NCBI GenBank assembly: GCA_964035545.1
Contig: CAXIUT010000161.1
Location: 29,620-65,287, forward strand
Length of the DNA: 35,668 nt
From: Bugula neritina
Taxonomy: Eukaryota; Animalia; Bryozoa
Direction of reading: 5' to 3'
Shown one piece after another: positions 25,302-35,668 of the stretch (its first letter is position 1; each line of letters starts with the position of its first letter). Both the position numbers and the translations under genes were made by a program. Below the pieces are notes generated by a model. The model worked only from the letters and a program-made list of their open reading frames with translations, did not search any database and was not told the DNA's origin.

Positions 25302-25388
25302 CCCAACCCCAACCCCAACCCCAACCCCAACCCCAACCCCAACCCCAACCCCAACCCCAACCCCAACCCCAACCCCAACCCCAACCCC
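25302..25388 (+). repeat. Internal perfect C4A2 telomeric tract (87 nt)
   Basis: About 14 perfect CCCCAA units, similar in length to the terminal tracts, with no preceding G4T2 tract. Confidence 0.97.
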
Positions 25389-25460
25389 TAAGAAAATATC
25401 AAAAGTTAATTAATTGATTAGAAAAGTAAAATAAAACCATTTAATTTGATATAAATTTAA

Positions 25461-25895
25461 TCAAACATTCATTTTGCTGTCCCAAAATTCAACCGTATTT
25501 TATTTATGTTCACTCATATCCTGAAAACCATTAGAAGTCACAAATCTTCCCAAAGAGTCAAAAACAAGCATAGTTGGAATATGAAACACCTTCAGCCACG
25601 TCGCTATTTCAGAAGATTTCTCGTGATTCAAAGCCTTATATCTTAAATCATAATACCCAAAGTTACTCTAATCCTCGTCAAGTCTAAACGTCAGCAATCG
25701 AAAGAAGTTCCCCTTGCTGTTGACAGTTGAAATAAGAGGTGATATTTTGTGAGCTATCTGGACACAATATGAGCACCATGTAGCTGTGAAATATAAGCCA
25801 ATATATCGAAAGGAGTAGTCTTTAAGAGATTTTTCTTATCCAGATTTGACATGTTCTACTGATCCGAATTTGTTTAATTAGTCCACAATATTCAT
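25461..25895 (-). CDS. Nucleoredoxin/tryparedoxin-like thioredoxin-fold protein
   Basis: YIGLYFTATWCSYC active-site region and VFHIPTMLVFDSLGRFVTSNG cis-Pro region; intronless, 144 aa. Confidence 0.85.
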
Positions 25896-25929
25896 TCTGT
25901 TGTGATTTAATAATATTAAATTCTTGAAG

Positions 25930-26566
25930 ATGTCCGAATGCCCTCTCTGCAGTACCTGCTATTCTATTCAGATTGTCAACTATTTTAAGGATACAGACAT
26001 ATAGAGTTTCTCATTATTATCTGTAAACACTGCTATATCGATATTAAATAACTTGCCTTGCATCGAAGATTTATCCGTAACTCAATGCTTCTATCACCAA
26101 TGTACTTCATCATCTATCTAGAACAAAATAAACTAAACTTGCTAACAAATTATTAAAAAATATTGTCACTTAAGATAAAAGACCAAAAAAATAACTACTA
26201 GAAAAAGGAATAATCGACTTCTGCTTTAAACCTCCCATAGAACCATAAAAAACATAAAGATATTCTCTAACAACTGAAGATACTTAACTATTCGATGAAA
26301 AATCAACACTAACCTAAACAAGTAAAGCAAAGTTGATTCTATAAAAATGTGAATAGAAGATGACACATCTAATATAAAAAATATAACCAGCAAAATAGCA
26401 GCTAGAAAGAGCAAAATAAAGGATAGTAGAATCATCAATTTCAATAAAATAGAAATATCGAGATTTAAGAAGCGAATATAGAAGTATGAAGGCATAGTTG
26501 CCTCCAATACATGATCTAGCAGATTAAGCAAAAAAGAAAATAAGCAAATTATTTAATTTTTTTTGA
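25930..26566 (+). CDS. Zinc-ribbon (CxxC...CxxC) plus coiled-coil hypothetical protein
   Basis: MSECPLCN...ICKHCY. Two 20-nt introns (25952-25971, 26102-26121) give a continuous frame to TGA 26564-26566. Confidence 0.7.
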
Positions 26567-26661
26567 TATTTATGAATAAATATAGAAATATTCAAATTTT
26601 GTATGCTATTTAAAATTGAATAGTAATTTTATAATCAATAATTAGTCTCAAATATATCAAT

Positions 26662-27942
26662 ATGAAATAAGAACTTCCATCTCTCAGCTAATAAACATCC
26701 ATCAACCAGTAAAAAAATAAACATAACTATCATAAAGTTTAAGGAGTCATCGATAGAATGATAGAACTCTATTAACAAGCATAAAAAAGTATAAAAACAG
26801 GTAAAAATCATTAACTTATCATCTAATAACTCAACTCACAACTACTCTCCTTACGACCACTGAAGACAGTCAGAGAACACTTCGTTCACTACTACAGAAA
26901 ATTATCCAATTTAATAAAAAGAGTCCAAAATGGCAACAACAAACTCAATCCAGCTTTATCCCGCTACAGTAAAAAACGAGATTCAAATAACAATAATGGC
27001 GATCATACGAATATCGACCGTTTTAATAAATTTTTTGATTCATTTATCAATTCAGAAAAATAACGAAATATACTACAAAATATGATAGTTTAACATTTCT
27101 TGAGATAAGGCAAATGGTAATGTGCAAACGTTTGGAAAAAAACAATGTAAAAAATAGATCCAAATAAATTGTATCATTAATGTCATCGACTTAAATAAAA
27201 AATAAAAAAAGGATAATTCACATAAGCCATTTCCTGGTGTTCAAGTTAACATCTTTTCTAAACTAGAGCTTGTCTACTATAATACTAACTCTTAAAAACA
27301 TATATTGTATCATTAGTTTCTAAAGGATAAGCGAGTCTTGCATTGGATTTATATATTAATAAAATAAGTAAATTTTAATCATGCAGATAGTAGATATAAA
27401 AATTGATGGGATTTATTCTTTTCAAGTAGAAATCATTTTGGGGATCAGAAATATAATCAATGAATGAGTTTAATAATTTTTGTTTATAAAGATATAGTAA
27501 GTTTATTTGTAATTCTTAACATTGCTAGAAACTAGCAGATGCTTTTGTTAAATAATATCTTAAACAAAATAATATTAATCAATTCGATGTAATAAAAATA
27601 GTTTTTGATTGTTCTAAAAAGATATCAGATTAATATCAAAGATTAATGAATATTACTTGGTAATCAGATAAAAAACAATAAAAAAAAAAAAAATATTAAC
27701 AAGTTCTTCCTTTTTCAATCAAACTTGATACCTAGAATCAATACCACAGTCTTTTTCTTTGCCCAGTTACAAAATAAGTTCATTCAAGTGGAGGTTCATC
27801 AGTTTTGCTTTCATGTGGTCATTTGATTTCACAAACTGCTCAAGATCGCATAGTACAATAAAATCGAAATCGAAGGAGAGTAAAATGTCCAATTTGTCAA
27901 AAAGAAATTCATCCAGAAGATAGCGTCTCTGTATAATTTTGA
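26662..27942 (+). CDS. RMND5/Gid2-like CTLH-complex RING E3 ligase subunit
   Basis: C-terminal YHSLFLCPVTKE...LLSCGHLIS...VKCPIC degenerate RING. Start and stop share a frame. Confidence 0.8.
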
Positions 27943-28004
27943 TTATAATGATAACTTTATGATATACCTATGTACAATTAGAACTATAAATCTTAATTTT
28001 CTTT

Positions 28005-28934
28005 ATGCAGCATTCCAAAACCTATAGAGTAGCCAAAAAATATCATCTAAAGCAACAATATTAATCTTAATCTCATCAAAACGATAAATGCTCATCGATT
28101 TAAAAGAAACATCATTATTCTAGTTCGTAAAATTTGAGACAGAATATTTTTAAAGATAATGAAGAGATGAGAATAAGAAAACTTGAACTTAAAAATGAAA
28201 AATAGTATGATATTTTGGGAATAAATTAGTTTAAAATCTACAATCAAATCAAACAAAAGAAAAAAAGAGATGCGATCAGCAAACCTAGAAAATTAACTAC
28301 ATTTGCTAGCTATAGTTCATCAAAAGAATCAAAAATAACACTATCAATTCCCAACTATTTCACAAAAGAATAATTACTCAAAAGATCTACTACTAAAATT
28401 ATCAAATAAAGTCTCCATCAAAAATAATAAGAATATTTACATCCTACTAAAAGTCACTTATGGTGCCCTAATTCCCAAAATACTTGGATTTCATCATTTC
28501 AAACCACTTCTTTAGAGGATAAAAGAAAAGAAGAGTTTAGTTTGGCTAAAATTAAAGGAAAAATTAATCAATATAAAAGATCTTGGTAAAGATATTCAAA
28601 TAGAACCAATAAAACAACTGATCCTATTCTTTTAAAGAAAAAGAAAAGAACTATTATCAATACGAACTAAAATAGATTAAATAAACCTTTTAAGTTGAGA
28701 AAATTTAAAGAAAATAATCAAATAAGAACAGAAACTTCAACTCCTTGGAATTAAAGTCTAAGATAAGGAAATCCATTTTTTTCAACCATTTAAAATGAAG
28801 TATAAAGAGTATATCCAAATGGACTTCAAAGTTTAGGAAAGAATAAACTTCAAAAGTAGATAGATTGGCTATAAAAAAAGCATTCTGAAGGATTTTTCTT
28901 TTCAAAAAAATAATTATATTTGAAAGAAAAGTGA
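28005..28934 (+). CDS. Hypothetical Lys-rich protein
   Basis: 309-codon TGA-free ORF from ATG 28005; no recognised motif. Confidence 0.65.
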
Positions 28935-28994
28935 TTCAAAATGATGTTCATCTTTAATAATATTAAATAGAATAATAAATGATTACTTATTGAA

Positions 28995-29920
28995 TCATAG
29001 TTTAGCCTTTTCTCTGAACTCCATTATCCTTGAGAAAGTATCATTTCCTGAAGTTGGATAATCATTATTTTTGTTAAAATCAGTAATCTAGCCAAATCTC
29101 TTTGCAACATCTTCAGCACTCATACTGTTAGGATTAAAGAAAGCTCCCTAAATATATTAATTTATACCTCAGTTCTTTGCCATCTCAACTTAGCAACAAA
29201 TCCTCCTCCAACTTCGAAAACACTGCCTGTCTCTTCGCATGATTCGTGGCAAAGATAAGCGACTAAAGGAACCACCAAGTTAGGGTTAACTGTTTTCAAA
29301 ACATCTGGAGGCATCACTGTCTAAAGCATTCTAGAGGCAGCAAGAGGGGCAATAGTATTAACTCTGATATTTCTTTTTGCTCCTTCTTTTGAAAGAGCCT
29401 GAGTGAATCCATGGAGTGCTAGCTTAGCAGCTGAGTAGTTGACTTGACCAAAGCTACCGAAAAGTCCTGCAGCTGATGAAGTGTTAATAATTCTTCCATA
29501 GCCTTGTTCTCTCATAACATTCCATGCAGCTCTGGTGCAAGAGTAAGCTCCATAGACGTGCACTTTGAAAATAAGAGACCAGTCGATTTCTTTCATCTTT
29601 TGGAAAGAAATATCTCTCAAAATTCCAGCATTATTGAGTAAAATATCAACTCTTCCGAAATTATCCATAGCAGTTTTGATGATCTTATCTCCAAATTCAA
29701 CTGAATCATAGTTAGCAGCTGCGACTCCTCCTTTCGATTTAATTTCCTCGACAACCTTATCAGCAGAGTTTGATGTGCTACCAGTTCCAGTTCCAGAAGT
29801 TCCAAGATCATTGACAACTACTTTAGCTCCTCTACTGGCAAAGAAGAGAGCATATTCACGACCAATACCTCCTCCAGCACCAGTAACTACAACAACCTTT
29901 CCGTCGAATCTTAAAGTCAT
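28995..29920 (-). CDS. Peroxisomal (3R)-hydroxyacyl-CoA dehydrogenase; stand-alone SDR domain of MFE-2/HSD17B4/Fox2 type
   Basis: [32 protein letters not shown]. 20-nt intron 29148-29167. C-terminal AKL (PTS1). Confidence 0.93.
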
Positions 29921-30029
29921 CAAATATCTATTATAGCAATGACATCATAATTTTATTTCAATTTAAAGCTTTTTATATCGATAACTCAAGTAGTAACACG
30001 TAAATAAGAAAATTAAAAAGTAAATAGTA

Positions 30030-30413
30030 TCAGAATATTTTAAAAATATTACGGTAGCAAGAAGGAAAAATAATTCTTCTTATGATGATAAAGACTACTG
30101 TACATACTAAAAACCAAAAAGAAAATTTTATCTTTTTGGCATTTTATTCTTCTTTCTTCTTCAATCCTTTCCGAAATATCTATGTTTTCTTCAAATTTTG
30201 TTCATAGTTATCATACATATTGCTTGTTCCAACAAGATTATTCGATGTATTTGCAACTCCTACTTTAATATTTGCCATAGTTTCTAGTGTAGAATGAAGC
30301 ATATTTCTAGTCTTATTGAGATGATGATCAATAGTTTTCATTTATTTGATAGCTAGACTGGGATCAGCATGAGAAAACAAGTTCTTCTTGGCTAATTCTA
30401 AATTATTTTACAT
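30030..30413 (-). CDS. Sec20/BNIP1-like tail-anchored SNARE
   Basis: Heptad region (HLNKTRNMLHSTLETM...NNLVGTSNMYDNY) then TM IKFSFWFLVCTVVFIII and RR; 127 aa. Confidence 0.65.
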
Positions 30414-30504
30414 TATTATTATAAATTATCAGAATCTTGACTAATATATCAATCTAAAATTCAACTTTATTCATAAAAAAATCATAGAAAAATATGTTAA
30501 ATAA

Positions 30505-31989
<1,485 letters not shown>

Positions 31990-32244
31990 TAAATTAAAGT
32001 TATTTTACTATTGAATACGACTAAAAGATCAAATATTGAATATTTTAAGTCACAACTTTATCAAGCATCTTGATCATGAAAAAGATCACCTGAATAAAGT
32101 TTTCAAATAATGATCGAAATCAACCTTTAGTTGCATAATATCAAAAAAAGTCAGAACGTAAGTTATTCTCATTGGGCAACCCTCTGAAGGTGTCCTACGA
32201 AATTTCATCATTCAACAATTCATATCAAATTAATATAAAAATAA

Positions 32245-33901
32245 TCATCTAGCCAACATTCTTTTTCTCTAATTATGTTCTCTTATTCTAACAGACCAAT
32301 CATATTTCAACTAAACTCGCTTCACTAAAACCAAAGCACCTATACTCATGGCTCCACTTATTTGAAAAATAACTTCATAACCTTGTTCTACATAATTTAC
32401 TAACAAATATTGAATGAAATTGGAGACAGGAAAAGCATAGAACATAATTCCATATATCTGAGGACCATATCTCACTCCAAATATCTGAGAAGTTACTGCA
32501 GGAAAAATACCTAAATGACCACCATAACAAATATAACTTAAAACCACATAAGCAAAATAAACCTCTTTAATTTTACTTATGTAAAGCACTGAAAATGCTA
32601 AAACTGCATTAAGAATACATAAACAGTAATATATTCCTTTGAATGTTTACTTTTAGAGGATAGCTCCCCAAAGAAGACGACTTAAACTACAAGCAATAGC
32701 TCCCATACTGCCTATAATCACCAGATATTTATCATCTAAAATTGTCATTTTCACATATGTGCGATAATTGACTGAAACCATCAATCCGAAGTTAGCACCT
32801 TTGTTATCAAATATGTACCAAGGATAATTATCAAAAAAAGAAGCCAGAATACGCACTATCTTGGCCCATCAGAGGTTCGAGGACACTAATTCATTGGCTA
32901 TGAAAGGATAATCTCTTCTTCATGTTGTTCTTTGACAGGTTCAATCTGATCATCTTTTTATTTAGTAGCTTGATAATCACTTTAGCTCTCTTAGAGCAGA
33001 GGCCAGAAAATATGATCACCTTTTTAACCATATATTTTAGCTGCTTGACTATTTTTATCATAATTTTTGCCCATATCCATAAGCTCATAATTGATACTCC
33101 CAAAAGGATTCTTTTGCATTTCTTTCGATTCTTCCATAACTAACATAAATTCTAGATCCATCAAGCTACCCATTTTTTTATCTTTATTATCAGAGATAAT
33201 CATCATTTCTTTTTTAAGATTCCCTTCTAATCTAGCAGGATACTCAAAAAGTAACAATCCTCCCCCAGATACAAAACCTAAAACAACACCACTTAATATT
33301 TTCAAATAATCTGGAAATCTCTAAGAAATCTATCTTCCATAGTAGAAGTTATATCCACCATCAACTAAACTCAAATTATCAGGATTCATACAACTGATAC
33401 CAATCATTGCAAAAATTAATGTACCTATACCACTAGCAGCTATAATGAAAACACTAATTGTAGTTTTTTTTCTTGGAAAAAATTGATAACAATGTCCAAT
33501 AGGTAAAATATAAATAATTCCTAGGATTATTCCGTTTCCCAGACCGAAAATTAATGCAAAATTATAGAAATTTTTGCTATAAGATGAAAAATAGATAAGT
33601 GAAGACATTATGATACCAGCTACAAAGCATGTCACCCCATTTGATACTTTTTTAGCATAGCGACTCACCAAAGGAAAGCTTATTGCCTTAATTATTCGAT
33701 AGATACCTGACCCAAAAGCATCAAAGGAAACACGATATCGGTCTGATCCTATGTTAGTTTATTATTGCTCATGGTTATTCTAAAGTAAGAGGTTCCGTAT
33801 ATGGTGATGATACCCCATAAATAGTTGATACCTACAGCAAGACTGATAAGAAATGCTCCCATTAGACTAAGTAGACCTCTTAATGCCAAATTTTCAAACA
33901 T
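32245..33901 (-). CDS. MFS transporter (OxlT/MCT-like)
   Basis: Two hydrophobic multi-TM halves with a long acidic loop; FFPRKK, SRLLWG, FGVRYGPQIYG. 20-nt introns 33687-33706 and 32799-32818. Confidence 0.88.
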
Positions 33902-33954
33902 GATTAAATATTATCTTTCTTATTTTTATCATATAATTTAGATTATCATGATCA

Positions 33955-35100
33955 TCACTTGCCTTTACCGACGTTAAACCTGAATAAAATGATATCTCCA
34001 TCTTCAACGATATGCTCTTTTCCTTTCTGAAGATATTTGCCCTAAGCCTTGACATTATGTTCATTTCCATACTTCACCAAATCTTCATATTTCATGATCT
34101 AAGCACAGATAAATCCCTTTTCGAAATCAGTATGAATAACTCCAGCAGCTTGAGGAGCTTTAGTGAATTTTCTTATAGTCCAACATCTCACCTCATCTGC
34201 TCCTGACGTAAAGTAATAAATCAAATCTAAAGCATTATAACCAGATTTAATTATCTTAGGAATCATAGTTCTTTTGTCAGATCCTTTGTTTTAAAGCTAT
34301 GATCGTTCATGTTCAGCACTATAGGGAATCAATTATCCTGGACAGTTAGCATCAATATAATCCTTTATCTTTTTTAACCATTTATTTTTTTTATTGATAA
34401 AGTCTTCATCACTTAAATTAACTAAGTATACTACAGCTTTAGCAGTAATGAAACGATGTTGATTCAAAACAATAATCTCATCGTTTCTCCATTCAGCATG
34501 ACGCACCCATTTGTTTTTAACCAACAAAGCTTGCACCTTTTCAAGAATATCTTTCTCTTCCCTAGCTTCTTTAACATTGGTTCTCTTGATTGATTTTGAA
34601 AGATCTTCAAGTCTGTTTTCAACATACTCTAAATCTTTTAACACTAGTTCACTGTTAATAATTTCCATATCTCTAATAGGGTCAACTGAATTTTCAGTAT
34701 GAGCTATCTCTTAATTTTCAAAAGCTCTCAAAACATGAAAGATTCCATCAACTTCTTTAATGTTACTCAAGAAATGATTGCCTAGACCCTAGCCCTTTGA
34801 AGCTCCCTTGACAATACCAGCAATATCTACAATTTGAAGAACAGCTGCTACTTAAGATTTAGGTTTGAACATTTAACAAAGTTTTCTGAAGCGCTAATCA
34901 GGAACAGGTACTACAGCTTTGTTTGGTTCTATTGTGCAAAAAGGATAATTTTCAGCTGGAACATTAAGGTTAGATAGGACATTGTAGGTACTGGATTTGC
35001 CGACATTGGGAAGACCAACAATACCCATTCTAAGAGTGTTTCCTGGTCTACCCCAAAGGATTTGCTGGGTTTCTTTCTCTTCTTTCTTTTTGGGTGGCAT
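33955..35100 (-). CDS. OLA1: Obg-like ATPase 1 (OLA1/YchF)
   Basis: [62 protein letters not shown]; intronless. Confidence 0.97.
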
Positions 35101-35570
35101 AATTAAAATATATTTGAATATATATTAAAAAAAGAATTAATATCTTTGACAATTTCTTTTATCTTTATGAAAGACTCTCAAATTTATAATTGAATAAAAT
35201 CTAACAATAATAGTTTATAATGATAAAAGACTCAAAACAACACATATCTCGCTATCGTATAATAAAAGTTCTAGTCAGTCAAGATTATCTAGCAGTAGAT
35301 AAATAATCAAATCAATATATTTTTAGTCATTATCGTTCATAGTGTATATCACATGACTGTCATAAATAGAAAAAATAGCAAAAATATTCTTAAAATAAAT
35401 ATATACTTTCTTACAAATAAAAAATATCAATTGATAATCTAGAATACTATGTTTTTGAAATAGGAAGATAGAGTATTTGGACAAGAGATATCAATAAAAC
35501 AAAACTAAATAATATTAAATTTATTCATCAATTTATCAAATAATCAATTAACTTACTTTAATCATTGTTA

Positions 35571-35668
35571 GGGGTTGGGGTTGGGGTTGGGGTTGGGGTT
35601 GGGGTTGGGGTTGGGGTTGGGGTTGGGGTTGGGGTTGGGGTTGGGGTTGGGGTTGGGGTTGGGGTTGG
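35571..35668 (-). repeat. Right telomere, (GGGGTT)n
   Basis: Perfect G4T2 array to the contig end. Confidence 0.98.

Noticed and set aside
10812-25388. Segment B as a telomere-bearing transposon (TBE/Tel-like)
   Set aside because: The tracts are direct rather than inverted, no transposase was found, and the content is housekeeping genes.

Overview
Eukaryotic, AT-rich, very gene-dense ciliate macronuclear DNA, capped by C4A2/G4T2 telomeres at both ends (1-81, 35571-35668). The supplied ORF track is misleading because TAA and TAG both encode Glu and TGA is the only stop (peritrich-type code, NCBI table 30), judged from conserved positions in RuvBL2, OLA1, RPS13, kinesin and V-ATPase a. Re-reading by hand gives about 27 protein genes with tiny spliceosomal introns: 21 of 25 are exactly 20 nt and 24 of 25 have A-pyrimidine at -6/-5 from the 3' end. 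Two internal C4A2 tracts (10812-10857, 25302-25388) each interrupt an unfinished ORF after the same ATAAA context. They divide the window into segment A (1-10811, many frameshifts), segment B (10812-25301) and segment C (25302-35668, a complete ~10.4 kb nine-gene mini-chromosome). The window is probably three chromosome pieces joined by telomere-primed fusion, either artefactual or biological. All translations and family calls are manual, with no database searches.
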